DNA of 18,152 nt from Chthonomonadales bacterium (GCA_038217285.1 JBBQPO010000115.1:1-18152), one strand, 5' to 3'. Counted from the first letter of the stretch, positions 7,101-17,162 are shown. Notes: generated by a model from the letters alone, not told the origin. Numbers and translations: made by a program.

Positions 7101-8609
7101 ATGCTTCCGACGGAAATGAAAATTCGCGACGGTTTGAGCTTCGACGATGTGTCGCTTGAGCCGCGAGATACGGATGTAACGCCGTCCGAAGTGGACCCGC
7201 GTACTTCGATCGGAGCGGACATCCTGCTGCGAACACCGATCTTGAGCTCTCCGATGGACCGGGTCACCGAGGCCCGCATGGCGATCGCCATGGCGCGGGA
7301 GGGCGGCCTGGGAATCATCCACCGCAACATGTCCCCGGAACTTCAGTCCCAGGAAGTGGACAAAGTAAAGCGGTCCGAGCATGGCATCATTACCAATCCC
7401 ATCAGCCTGCCCCCGGACAAAACCATCCAGGATGCCGTGGACCTTATGGAGCGGTACCATATCTCCGGGGTTCCCATCACAGAGCCGGTGACGGGAAGAC
7501 TGGTCGGCATCCTCACCAACCGCGACATCCGCTTTGAAACCAACTTTGAACGCCCCATCAGCGACATCATGACGACCGATCATTCCCGCAAGGGCGGACT
7601 GGTCACCGCCGCGCAGGGAACCACACTGGAACAGGCGCAGGACATCCTCCAGGTCAACCGCATCGAGAAACTCCCCATTGTAGACAGCGACCGCAAACTC
7701 CTCGGCCTCATCACCATCAAGGACATTCAAAAAGTTCGCCAGTTTCCGAATGCGACTAAGGACGCGCGGGGTCGGCTGCGCTGCGGAGCGGCCATCGGCC
7801 CGCTGCGCGACCCCATCGGCCGAACGGCGGCGCTGGTGGAGGCCGGTGCAGACCTGATCGTGATCGACGCGGCGCATGGTCAGGCTCGCGGCGTCCTCCA
7901 CGCTTTGCGCACGGTCCGCCATGAGTTTCCTCATCTCCCGATCATCGCGGGCAACGTCGCCACGGCGGAGGGAACGCGCGCCCTGATCGAGGCCGGAGCC
8001 GACTGCATCCGTGTCGGCCTGGGTGCCGGCAGCATCTGCACGACACGTATCATCAGCGGCGTCGGCATTCCCCAGTTGACGGCGATCATGGACTGTGCCC
8101 GAGAGGCCGCCCGCCACGGTATTCCCATTATTGCCGACGGCGGCATTCGTTGGAGCGGCGATGCGGTGAAAGCGCTGGCGGCGGGCGCGGCGGCCATCAT
8201 GGTCGGCAACCTGCTGGCCGGAACGCACGAGGCACCGGGAGAGGTCATACTGTATCAGGGTCGAGCGTATAAGGACTATCGCGGCATGGGCAGCGAGAGC
8301 GCCATGCGCGAGGGCTCCAGCGATCGCTACGGGCAGGACTCCAATGCCCGCTTCGTTCCGGAAGGGGTCGAAGGCCGCGTCCCTTTCAAAGGCCCGCTCC
8401 ACGATACGATTCACCAGGTGCTGGGCGGCATACGCTCCGGGATGGGCTATCTGGGTGCCCACTCCATCACTGAGCTTCAGGAACGCGCCCGCTTTATCCG
8501 GGTCACCGGGGCGGGTCTGCGCGAGAGCCATGTACACGACGTCTGGATCACCAAGGAGCCGCCGAACTATTCCAGCGAATATATGATGGGCGAAGCCCGC
8601 AGCGAGTAG
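7101..8609 (+). CDS. guaB: IMP dehydrogenase with CBS pair
   Basis: [29 protein letters not shown] region, IDAAHG, GNVAT, catalytic GSICTT, IIADGGI, YRGMGS, SDRY flap, PEGVEGRVP. Start ATG 7101 follows GAGGGG. Confidence 0.97.
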   Translation: MLPTEMKIRDGLSFDDVSLEPRDTDVTPSEVDPRTSIGADILLRTPILSSPMDRVTEARMAIAMAREGGLGIIHRNMSPELQSQEVDKVKRSEHGIITNPISLPPDKTIQDAVDLMERYHISGVPITEPVTGRLVGILTNRDIRFETNFERPISDIMTTDHSRKGGLVTAAQGTTLEQAQDILQVNRIEKLPIVDSDRKLLGLITIKDIQKVRQFPNATKDARGRLRCGAAIGPLRDPIGRTAALVEAGADLIVIDAAHGQARGVLHALRTVRHEFPHLPIIAGNVATAEGTRALIEAGADCIRVGLGAGSICTTRIISGVGIPQLTAIMDCAREAARHGIPIIADGGIRWSGDAVKALAAGAAAIMVGNLLAGTHEAPGEVILYQGRAYKDYRGMGSESAMREGSSDRYGQDSNARFVPEGVEGRVPFKGPLHDTIHQVLGGIRSGMGYLGAHSITELQERARFIRVTGAGLRESHVHDVWITKEPPNYSSEYMMGEARSE

Positions 8610-8688
8610 AGTGGAACACGACGCAAGAAACCGCCGTTCCTTCCGTTTGTCTGGAAGCGAACGGCGTTTTCTGTTGCGGGAGGCCTGT

Positions 8689-8892
8689 CTAGCGGAAAAA
8701 CACGCTGTAGATCACAAAGCTGACGACGATGCCCGCCATGACCGTGACCCAGATGATGCGGTCCTCGTGCCAGTACCAGGGAGAAGCCCCGCAAAAACCG
8801 CACTTGTGGACATTGGCCGGCAATCGGTGTTTACAGCTCGGACATTCCTTCGAGTAAGATGCCTTCAGGGAACCCGAATTCCGTCGTCTCAT
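8689..8892 (-). CDS. Small zinc-ribbon protein with C-terminal transmembrane helix
   Basis: CPSC-x10-CGFCG followed by IIWVTVMAGIVVSFVIYSVFF. Start uncertain (ATG 8892 chosen; ORF extends to 8958). Confidence 0.7.
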   Translation of the reverse strand: MRRRNSGSLKASYSKECPSCKHRLPANVHKCGFCGASPWYWHEDRIIWVTVMAGIVVSFVIYSVFFR

Positions 8893-9018
8893 TCGTTCTA
8901 TCCAATTCTCAACCGGACAGCAACAATGCCTCGTCCCGGCGAAGACCCATAATTTCATTCCTGCAGCGACGGAGCGAACGGGCAGCGGTTTTGCCGTCTT
9001 GATTCTCTATCGTTAGTG

Positions 9019-9051
9019 GTTCAGATTCCTGTCGTGGATTGTTCAGATTCC
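9019..9051. repeat. 11-bp direct repeat, 22-bp period
   Basis: GTTCAGATTCC at 9019-9029 and 9041-9051 in intergenic DNA. Confidence 0.75.
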
Positions 9052-9251
9052 AAATGACTGACTGAATGACGACATAAATGTTCCCCGGTTTCGCGCCGAT
9101 TTCCTCCGCGAATTGGCAATGCGCTGCTAATCGTGCCTTTCCGTATTGCCAGTACGGCAGTCCGAGAACCATCCTTCGGCAGTCTGCTATCACCTCCGGC
9201 ATTCGTTCTGAAACACCACCCTCTTTTTCTGCGCGGCCGGAGGGAGCCTTT

Positions 9252-12215
9252 CTACTTTGGCGCAACGAGAATGGCGACATCCCGACTGGCGGCGGTTTCC
9301 GAGGCGACCGTCACCTGATCCGGGCGCAGCCCGTCTTCGTCGTAGATCACGACGGTGTTCTTCCCCGTGACCAGCCAGCACTCGGGAATGTAGAGACCGT
9401 TGATCGGCACCTTTTCGGGATAGCGGCCCAGGTTGTGTCCGTTGACCCAGACCGAGCCGTGGCCCAGGCTAGTAGAGACGACGCGCCAGATCGGATGTGC
9501 TCCCACGCCGGGAGGAGGCGCGGCGGTGAAGGTCGTTCGGAAGAAGGTCGGACGGGTAAAGGTTTCCGCCGTGATCAGTGGTTTCCAGTCGGACGGAGCT
9601 GGCGGATTGCCGATCCCACCGCGCATTTTCCAGCCTGTTGTCGTCGCATCGTCCCCAATCTGCGTTACGAAGCGGACCGGTTTCCCCAGACCTCCTGTGT
9701 TGTCGGTGTTCTCGACGAAGACGCTCAGCGTCGCCTCGGGTCCGGGTGTCACCGGCACATCGAAGGCCGTGTCCCAGCCTTGATGACGGGCGACCTGTTT
9801 GCCGTTCACGAAAACTGTTCCGTTATCATCCACGCTTTCGAAGTGCAGAGACGCGTGTGCCGCTCCGATGCTTGCCGGGAGCGTCGTCTGGAACCAGGCG
9901 AAACCACGCCGTCTGTTAAAGGCGTCCTGACCCACCGTGTAGGCCTGCCAGCCGTCGGCGTCGGCAGCGGGCGGCCCGGCGTTCATCTCCTCGGCGTTCG
10001 CTGCCTTACGGACGCGCCATCCCGTCAGAAGCCCCGCATTGCCTCTCCGCAGGGTGACCGGTCCCATCAGACCCTTCGGGTCGCTCAACTCCATCGACCC
10101 GACGTGGCCGAACAGCTTGTCCCGCCCGTCGTGCGCCATGAAGACCGCCAAGATGTGGTTTCCCTGGGCCAGCGTGATCGAAAAATTGGAGTGAAGACGG
10201 CCGCTGGCGGTGCGCGCCCCATCCACAAATACGAAGGCACGATCGCCGCCATTCGCCTGCAGCGTATACTCGCCCGAAGTCGGGACATTCAGGCGCGCCC
10301 GGTACCAGGCACCGGCCGTCAGGTCACCATCCGCGCCCATCTGGAGCGGTACGTCACTCGCCTGCCAGGCGTGATCGTCGTAGCCGGGAGCGGCAAAGCG
10401 GGACGCGTCTGCGGCCTGCCACGGGCTCAGCGCCAACGACGTCAGGTGCAGGTTTGCTGCAACGGGCGTCCCGAACCGCATCGGTGGGCCAGTCGGGCCG
10501 TAAACCAGAGTCGGCAGGTCCGTCGTCTCCTGCCAGGGCCGCTCGATGGTCAGCCGTGGACCTCCGACGCCAGGACCGGCCTCTCCGACATAACCGGGTC
10601 CGCAGACGATGCTGGTCTGCCCTTCTACATCGACAAACCAGGAGCGGTCTACTTGTGCGTCGCTCACCGCCAGAATGCGTACCCGCCGCGTCCCGACCTT
10701 GAAAATCTGCTCGACCGGCTCACCCGACGGGATCTTCATGCTCAGGTTCAACGTCACCGCGTTTACGGTCCGGAATCCACCGGCGGTCGAAACGATCTGC
10801 GCTCCGGCCGGAGCCTTGAAAGACAGTTCGACAGGCGCACCGGGCGCGCCGTAGATGACGAGCGTAGTCGTGTCGCCCTGTGGTACGACGCCGAGAATGT
10901 GTGCGACGGCCCACTCGAGCGTAACGCCGGGAGCGAGCGCGAAGTTGCGGACGACAGGCAGGATCTCGCCGGCCGCGAGTGTCATCGGCCCGCTGACGGG
11001 ACGGTTGACGCCGTCGATGTGAACGAAAGTCTGCTGCGAGGTACGGCTCGGGTTGTCCAGGAACATCACCGTCCCCGCCGGTCCTCGCCGCGCCGTGACC
11101 CGGACCGTCTGATTTGTGGCCCCGTCTCGCTGATCAGCAGTCGCGTCGCTCGCGTTTTCCAGGATCTCTTCAAAGCTACGGGCGAACCAGGCGGCACGCT
11201 TGAACGCGCCGTAGAGCGGGCGCAGATCGCCCGCCTGACCGACCGCCGCTCCGTAGTCGTAGCTGGCGGCGTCCTCATTGTTGTTGGTGTAGGCGAAGTT
11301 GGTGCCGCCATGCGCCATGTAGTAGTTGTAACCGTTGCCCCCGTGCGCAATGATCTTCCAGGTGCGGCGGGCATAGGTCGGCGCGTCTTCCGGGCGCGGG
11401 CCGTAGTGGTCGTACCAGACCGACCAGTACTCCGTGGAGAACCAGGGATTGGGGCGGTTCGGATCGTCCATCGCGGTGTCGCTTGCCGGATCGCTGGAGT
11501 GATGCAAGCCGCTGAAGAAGTAGGGCACCTGCAGCCCCAGTTCAACGGCCTTGGTGCGCAGATGGGTGAAGTAGGCGTTCGGCTCGTCCGTCCCCCACCC
11601 TGCGCCTTCGTTCTCCAACTGGACCAGGACGACGGAGCCGCCATGATTGATCTGGTTGGCAGCCACGATCGGGATCAGTTTATCGAAGAAGTGGTCTACG
11701 GCTGTCAGAAACGGTTTGTTATCCTCACGCACCCGCAGTCCCGGCTTAAATCGCAGCCAGAGGGGATAGCCGCCATTGTCCCATTCGGCACAGTAGTAAG
11801 GGCCAACCCGGCAGATCGCGTAGAGTCCCAACTGCTTGACGAGGCGGAGATAGGCTCCCAGGTCGTGGTCACCGCGGAAGTCGAACTTCCCTTCCGTGGG
11901 CTCATGCCAGTTCCAGAAGTTGTAGACCTCGACGCAGTTGAATCCTGCCCGTTTCAGCCGCAAGAGCCGGTCGCGCCAGAGCGCCTGCGGCACCCGCGCA
12001 TACTCCATCCCTGCCGACACCAGGAAGGTGCGTTTGCCGTTGATGAGAAAGCCTTTGCTGTCGTAGTCGCAGAACGGTTTGGCTTCGGGAGCGGCGGGAA
12101 ACATGTGGTCGTTCGCGCGAGCCGGTGAAGCGGTCACGACGGCCAGACTCAGCAGTATTAGGGCGAGCCAAAAGGCCGGATAGCGAGCAGCGCCGTATCG
12201 GCTTCGGGATTTCAA
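9252..12215 (-). CDS. Secreted GH35 beta-galactosidase with multiple C-terminal beta-sandwich domains
   Basis: Signal peptide; WRDRLLRLKRAGFN, WNWHEP..GKFDF, RVGPYYCAEWDNGG, QLENE (acid/base), STEYW (nucleophile), NYYMAHGGTNF, SYDY, C-terminal GSVWVNGHNLGRY. TTG start after GGAG. Confidence 0.92.
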   Translation of the reverse strand: MKSRSRYGAARYPAFWLALILLSLAVVTASPARANDHMFPAAPEAKPFCDYDSKGFLINGKRTFLVSAGMEYARVPQALWRDRLLRLKRAGFNCVEVYNFWNWHEPTEGKFDFRGDHDLGAYLRLVKQLGLYAICRVGPYYCAEWDNGGYPLWLRFKPGLRVREDNKPFLTAVDHFFDKLIPIVAANQINHGGSVVLVQLENEGAGWGTDEPNAYFTHLRTKAVELGLQVPYFFSGLHHSSDPASDTAMDDPNRPNPWFSTEYWSVWYDHYGPRPEDAPTYARRTWKIIAHGGNGYNYYMAHGGTNFAYTNNNEDAASYDYGAAVGQAGDLRPLYGAFKRAAWFARSFEEILENASDATADQRDGATNQTVRVTARRGPAGTVMFLDNPSRTSQQTFVHIDGVNRPVSGPMTLAAGEILPVVRNFALAPGVTLEWAVAHILGVVPQGDTTTLVIYGAPGAPVELSFKAPAGAQIVSTAGGFRTVNAVTLNLSMKIPSGEPVEQIFKVGTRRVRILAVSDAQVDRSWFVDVEGQTSIVCGPGYVGEAGPGVGGPRLTIERPWQETTDLPTLVYGPTGPPMRFGTPVAANLHLTSLALSPWQAADASRFAAPGYDDHAWQASDVPLQMGADGDLTAGAWYRARLNVPTSGEYTLQANGGDRAFVFVDGARTASGRLHSNFSITLAQGNHILAVFMAHDGRDKLFGHVGSMELSDPKGLMGPVTLRRGNAGLLTGWRVRKAANAEEMNAGPPAADADGWQAYTVGQDAFNRRRGFAWFQTTLPASIGAAHASLHFESVDDNGTVFVNGKQVARHQGWDTAFDVPVTPGPEATLSVFVENTDNTGGLGKPVRFVTQIGDDATTTGWKMRGGIGNPPAPSDWKPLITAETFTRPTFFRTTFTAAPPPGVGAHPIWRVVSTSLGHGSVWVNGHNLGRYPEKVPINGLYIPECWLVTGKNTVVIYDEDGLRPDQVTVASETAASRDVAILVAPK

Positions 12216-12282
12216 TATCTTCTCTCCACTTCTTCATGGTAGGCCGCAGCCTCACGCATCTATCTACGATTCCGCAAAGCCC

Positions 12283-14007
12283 TCACGACATTTCGACTTC
12301 GAGCAGCGATACCGCCTGGCGCGGCAGGTTCATCTGCACCTGGATCGTGCTCTTGTCGAAGTGTACTATTTCGGGCGCACCGATCAGGGCCAGTTGACCC
12401 GACTTTTCCAGTTGCGCGATTTGCGAGGCCGTCGGGTGCTGCGGCGATCCCATCTGCTTCCAGACCTCGAAGGCGTTGCTGTGCGCCGCGTCGATACGGA
12501 AATGGCGCACGGTAGCTTTGCCCGTCACGTGCGGCAGTCCGCGCAGCATGCAGTCGACGGCGGCATCGGGACCGGGCAGGTCGTCATCGTGATAGTGCCA
12601 CATCATGACGCACAGCCGCTTCTTCTCCAGGGCGGCGATAGCGGAGACATCGGGCTGCGTACGCACTCCAGACACCAGTATGGCTTCCAGTGGCACGCCA
12701 TGACTGCTTTCGACGGCGAGCTTCCGCCCGCCCATTTTGCCGTACATACGAAAGACGTTCAGGACAGGATGGTCGATGCCGTTGCTGGCGAGGACGCGAA
12801 ATCCGGCGAAATAGGGTTGGTTTTCGAATTCGAAGGCCCACGTCAGCGCGCCTTCCAGGTTGACGCCGTGTCTGTCGGCCAGCTCGTGTTTGCGCGCGAA
12901 AACCGCCGCTGTGTAGCTGGAGTACATCGTGCCGTTGCGATAGCCGTTTTGTGGCCCCTGGCAGGCGGCGCAGCCTTCGGGATCCGACTCGCCGATGACG
13001 ATAGGCTTGTCTTTGAACTCCGGAAAAGCGGCGATGACCTTAAAGGCCCGGTCGATATCGTTCAACTGGTTCGAGATGCCCATGCGGACATGCCCGTTTT
13101 CGAACTTTGGGCTGCCCTTGGCATGGAAGGAGAGGAAATCGAGGGGCGCGCCGGTCTTACCGGTGGCGTAGTTGACACCATGCAGGCAGTGCTCCAGGAA
13201 GTCGCGCAGGAAGGGGCCGCCGGGGCCGCCCGCCGTCTCGGGGCCTCCGACCCGCGCCTTTGGGAGGGCACGACGCACACCGTCTACGGCAAAGTCGTAC
13301 AGCTTGTGGAACTCGGCAGGTGTGCCGCGCCAGTAGGAGATGTTCGGCTCGTTCCACACCTCCCAGTACCAGCGGGAAGCTTCGGCGCGGCCATACTTTT
13401 CCCCGCAGTGTTTCGCCCACTGGAAACAGAGTTCCCCCCACTTCGCATAGTCTTTGGGCGGATAGCTGAAGCCTTCCCCAGGAAAAACGAGCTTGTCCGA
13501 GGGCGGATCGTGCGGGTAGTTTTTGGGATTCGCCGAGAGCGCTTCCGGCATAAATCCCATCTGCACGTAGGGTTTCAGCCCCCGCTCCAGATAGGTGTCG
13601 AAAATGCGGTCACCGATGGTCCAGTCGTAGACCGGATTGCCCTGCGCATCTTCGGTATAGGCGTTCGTGGATCCCCACTTCAGCCCCGGTACGCCGTCGC
13701 CGCTCGTCAGCAGGTGATGGGTACGAACGTAGACCTGTGGCCCGCCGAGTTTTCCGAGTTCGGAGAGCAGCTTCTTGCCGTCCTTCATATAGGTGAAGTT
13801 CGGCTCATCGTAACCGAAAAACCGCCAGATCGGACGCAGATCGCCTTTCAGCGCATCCACATCGACACGGATCGTGACCGGAAAGTCCACGTCTTCCAAC
13901 CGCTCTGTTTCCGCCGCTACGGCGGGCAGCGGCGCGTGGAACAGCTCTGGCACGAGCGCACCTGTGGCTATGCCGACCGTGCCCTTGATGAATTTTCTGC
14001 GCTGCAT
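12283..14007 (-). CDS. Tat-exported GH39 glycoside hydrolase (beta-xylosidase-like)
   Basis: RRKFIK twin-arginine signal; YDWTIGDRIFD, GFMPEAL, PPKDYAKW, EVWNEPN (acid/base), VGGP, LDFLSFHAK, IVIGES (nucleophile). AAGGAG upstream. Confidence 0.9.
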   Translation of the reverse strand: MQRRKFIKGTVGIATGALVPELFHAPLPAVAAETERLEDVDFPVTIRVDVDALKGDLRPIWRFFGYDEPNFTYMKDGKKLLSELGKLGGPQVYVRTHHLLTSGDGVPGLKWGSTNAYTEDAQGNPVYDWTIGDRIFDTYLERGLKPYVQMGFMPEALSANPKNYPHDPPSDKLVFPGEGFSYPPKDYAKWGELCFQWAKHCGEKYGRAEASRWYWEVWNEPNISYWRGTPAEFHKLYDFAVDGVRRALPKARVGGPETAGGPGGPFLRDFLEHCLHGVNYATGKTGAPLDFLSFHAKGSPKFENGHVRMGISNQLNDIDRAFKVIAAFPEFKDKPIVIGESDPEGCAACQGPQNGYRNGTMYSSYTAAVFARKHELADRHGVNLEGALTWAFEFENQPYFAGFRVLASNGIDHPVLNVFRMYGKMGGRKLAVESSHGVPLEAILVSGVRTQPDVSAIAALEKKRLCVMMWHYHDDDLPGPDAAVDCMLRGLPHVTGKATVRHFRIDAAHSNAFEVWKQMGSPQHPTASQIAQLEKSGQLALIGAPEIVHFDKSTIQVQMNLPRQAVSLLEVEMS

Positions 14008-14034
14008 CGCGACTGCTCTCCTTAACCGGCGAAT

Positions 14035-15018
14035 TTACGCAGGAGCGTCCGCGCGCAGGTCGAGGTAGTCCCTCTCCTGCGCCGTGAGGGGGGTGTTCAG
14101 CGCGACGATGTTGGCGGCGACCTCCTCGGCGTTTGCGGAGCCGACCAGGGCATAGATGTCGAGCGGGTAGTGGAGGACATAGGCCAGCGCGATCTGCGGC
14201 ATGCTCAGCCCCTTTGCCGCCGCGAGGGTCTTCGCCCGATCCAGCCGCTCGAAGTTATCGGGGGCCGCATAGCAGTCGACGGCCAGCTTATCGAAGTAGC
14301 TGGTGAACTCTCCCTGATTCTCACGGGTGATCCGGCCCGACAGAAACCCGCCCGCCATGCTCGACCAGGTGAAGAGGGGAAGCTTGTGCTCCGCGTACCA
14401 CTGCCGCTCCCCTGCGCGCTCCGGCCCGGAGATGGTGACGCAGCCTTCCCACGGCTCCTTCTTTTGGTCGGCCAGGGAGAAGTTGGGAGAGGAGACGGCG
14501 AACGGGATCTGACCGCTTTTCGCCGCGTAGGCATTGGCGGCGGCAAGACGGGCGGTGGTCCAGTTGGAGCCGCCAAACGCCCGGATTTTGCCATCGCGAG
14601 TGTACTGGTTCAGTGCATCTACGATAGGCTCGACCGGTACGTTCGTATCGTCGCGGTGCAGCACATAGAGATCGATAAAATCGATTTGCATGCGGGCCAG
14701 GGTGTCGTGCAGGTCGGCCCCGATGTCGTAGGGAGTGACCCGGCGTCGCACATCGTTGTGGTGCGCGCCCTTCGCCAGGACGACCACTTCATCTCGAACC
14801 CCGCGCGCCTTGATCCAGCGACCGAAAAACTTATCGTTGGCGCCGCCCCCGTAGACATGTGCGGTGTCGAACGCATTGATGCCCGCCTCCCAGGCGGCAT
14901 CCATCTGCCCGAAGCCTATGGCCTCGTCGCCCGTATTTATCTGAATGGTGCCCTGCACGATGCGCGATATTTTCTTACCGACGCCGGGTACCTCGCCGTA
15001 CTGCATGCCTGTGGTCAT
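14035..15018 (-). CDS. Aldo/keto reductase
   Basis: FDTAHVYG (Asp/Tyr), VLAKG (Lys), IDLYVLHRD (His) catalytic tetrad; GKIRAFGGSNW; WSSMAGG; QIALAYV. Confidence 0.93.
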   Translation of the reverse strand: MTTGMQYGEVPGVGKKISRIVQGTIQINTGDEAIGFGQMDAAWEAGINAFDTAHVYGGGANDKFFGRWIKARGVRDEVVVLAKGAHHNDVRRRVTPYDIGADLHDTLARMQIDFIDLYVLHRDDTNVPVEPIVDALNQYTRDGKIRAFGGSNWTTARLAAANAYAAKSGQIPFAVSSPNFSLADQKKEPWEGCVTISGPERAGERQWYAEHKLPLFTWSSMAGGFLSGRITRENQGEFTSYFDKLAVDCYAAPDNFERLDRAKTLAAAKGLSMPQIALAYVLHYPLDIYALVGSANAEEVAANIVALNTPLTAQERDYLDLRADAPA

Positions 15019-15167
15019 AACACTGTTTCCTTTTCCATCGGATGTTGTCGCGGACGCAGGGGCGCACAGCGACGCCCTCTCTTATTCTCGAAAATGTCTT
15101 ATATTCCTCCGTGCAAGCGTGTCGCGCTTCTTCCAGGCGGCAAACACCGACCGAAATATCGCAACAG

Positions 15168-16457
15168 TTAAGCCGGATTGGCGCGTAAGACCGGCAAGCG
15201 GGTATTCAGCGCCTGCTCGGCAATATCGGCGGCACGACGGACCCCGTCGATGGCGCGGATCTCCTGCTGCATGGCCACAGCGCACTCGCGGTAACGCGGC
15301 TCGGTCAGCACCTTCTGTACCGCAGTGCGCAGTCTGTCGGCGCGCAGGCTGGCAAGCGGCACGACCTCCCCTGCCCCGAGCCAACCGAGACGCGCCGCGA
15401 CGCCGGGCTGGTCGTTCGTGATCGGAATGGCCACCATCGGCACACCCTGACTCAAAGTCTCAAGGACGGTATTGAGGCCGGCATGGGTGATCACCATCGC
15501 GCTGCGTTTGACGAGATCCAACTGCGGCGCATAGGCCACGACGAGAGGCGAGCCTGGGAGATTCGGCAAGGTCTTCTGACGCGGATTGCCCAGCGAGAGG
15601 ACGAGTTGGACGGGAAGCCCCGCGCAGGCTGCTGCAATGGCGGCGAACACCTTATCCTGACGGTTCTGAAGAGTGCCCATCGAGGCATAGATCACGGGCG
15701 CGCCTGTCGTAAGGCGTTTGTATGGGAAGTCGATGGGGTCACCGCTGCGGTCGTCGTGGAACGGGCCGGAATAGTGGAAACAGGCTGGCAGACCGTTGCG
15801 TGGAAAATCGAAGGCGGCGGGCTGTTGCGCGATCTGGGCCAGGGAGGAGAAGGTGGGTTCTCCCGCTGCGACCGGTGGAAGGCCCCAGTCGGCGCGCTGT
15901 CGGCGGACCAGCCTCGTGATAGGCAGCAGGGTGTGGTTCAACAAGGCGTAACCCAGTCGATTACGAGTTCGGCCCCACGGCGTTGGCCGGTAGGGCCAGG
16001 AGGTTACCAGCGGCGGCACGTCCGGCTCGTAGTTTGCGGCCAGCGCATTGCAGATGGTGACATACGGAAGGTCGAGATAGTCGGCGACCGCGCCTGCGAC
16101 GGCGGAGACCTGATCGATCAACAGGCCGTCGATCCCGGCGGCGCGGATGGCCTCTGGGCCGTCCCGTAGTTGTACGAGGCTGGCCTGTCGAAAGCCCTCG
16201 ATGGTAAACTGCAGCGCCGCCCTGCCCTGCAGTTTGCCTAACTCCGCGACGAACTTCGCGCGGCTGCCAAGCAGATTGTCTCTCACACCGATGGCGATAA
16301 ATTCTAGCCCCGCCGCTTCTGCCTTGGCCTGTCCATCGAGGATACCGATCAGGCTGACGCGATAACCCCGGCGCTTCAGTTCTCGGCCCAGCGTCGTCAT
16401 CGGATTCAGGTGACCGCTGATTTCCGGGCAGATCAGACCGATATGTCGCACCGCCAT
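15168..16457 (-). CDS. GT1/MGT-family UDP-glycosyltransferase, CrtX-like
   Basis: GHLNPMTTLGRELKRRG, IYASMGTLQN, YAPQLDL...ITHAGLNTVLE...GVPMVAIPITNDQPGVAAR UDP-sugar signature. Start ATG 16457 is 5 nt after AGGAGGAG (429 aa). Confidence 0.9.
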   Translation of the reverse strand: MAVRHIGLICPEISGHLNPMTTLGRELKRRGYRVSLIGILDGQAKAEAAGLEFIAIGVRDNLLGSRAKFVAELGKLQGRAALQFTIEGFRQASLVQLRDGPEAIRAAGIDGLLIDQVSAVAGAVADYLDLPYVTICNALAANYEPDVPPLVTSWPYRPTPWGRTRNRLGYALLNHTLLPITRLVRRQRADWGLPPVAAGEPTFSSLAQIAQQPAAFDFPRNGLPACFHYSGPFHDDRSGDPIDFPYKRLTTGAPVIYASMGTLQNRQDKVFAAIAAACAGLPVQLVLSLGNPRQKTLPNLPGSPLVVAYAPQLDLVKRSAMVITHAGLNTVLETLSQGVPMVAIPITNDQPGVAARLGWLGAGEVVPLASLRADRLRTAVQKVLTEPRYRECAVAMQQEIRAIDGVRRAADIAEQALNTRLPVLRANPA

Positions 16458-16679
16458 CCATACTCCTCCTGCGCGATCATGTTCCGTCCCCAACCCCGGA
16501 AAGGTCAGACCGACTATCCAGCATTCTTCCTGGGCCTCTATTCCGCAACGTACCGCAAGTTTCCTGGTATCGAATGGCTCGCAAGGCGGCGGCACGCGGG
16601 TCCCAAGGCAGGATTTTGCGCATCGAGGGGCGCATCTACAGCAGAACATCCACTTGCCTCTGAAGTCAAGGAGAATACA

Positions 16680-17105
16680 ATGTCTCGACGCATCAAAACG
16701 TTCGCTCTCACGGTCTGTCTGTTCGCGATCATCGGCGTCACAGCCTCGGCCCAGTTCGGATCGATCCTCAAGGCCGGAGGAATCGGTTTTCTTGTTTCAA
16801 AGTTCGGCAGAGATATCAACAAAGCCATCAACTCCGTCACCAAGACGCCAAACGACGATCCCGTCTATGCCACAAAGGTCGTGCCGGTGATCTCTGTGGG
16901 TGACGGCAAGGAGGCGGGAGCCGTGCAGGTGATGGGTCCACGAGATGCGGTTGCGAAGGTGCAGGCGGTCGCGCAGTTCGAGACGAAGTTTCGTCCCCTG
17001 AATGCGCGGCTGCGTGGGCTGATCCCGATCAGTTCCAAGAACGTAACCGACCTCCATCGCGTTCCCGGCGTCGGCATCAGCGGGTTGATCGATGTCAAAA
17101 TTTAG
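16680..17105 (+). CDS. Secreted hypothetical protein (141 aa)
   Basis: AAGGAG then ATG 16680; signal peptide ending ASA; protein-like body TKVVPVISVG...GAVQVMGP...VPGVGISGLIDVKI. Confidence 0.8.
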   Translation: MSRRIKTFALTVCLFAIIGVTASAQFGSILKAGGIGFLVSKFGRDINKAINSVTKTPNDDPVYATKVVPVISVGDGKEAGAVQVMGPRDAVAKVQAVAQFETKFRPLNARLRGLIPISSKNVTDLHRVPGVGISGLIDVKI

Positions 17106-17162
17106 GTTGTAGGGGCTGATCGTCGGCAGAGAAAGGGATCGATATCGATGAGGAGAATGCAA

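Noticed and set aside
8022-8045. IMPDH catalytic loop GAGSICTT instead of the common GPGSICTT
   Set aside because: This position varies among IMPDHs; catalytic Cys, RY flap and other motifs are intact, so no change of function is supported.
6981-8537. 518-aa minus ORF
   Set aside because: Antisense shadow of guaB.
9078-15171. Long plus-strand ORFs (1016, 554 and 333 aa)
   Set aside because: Antisense shadows of GH35, GH39 and AKR.
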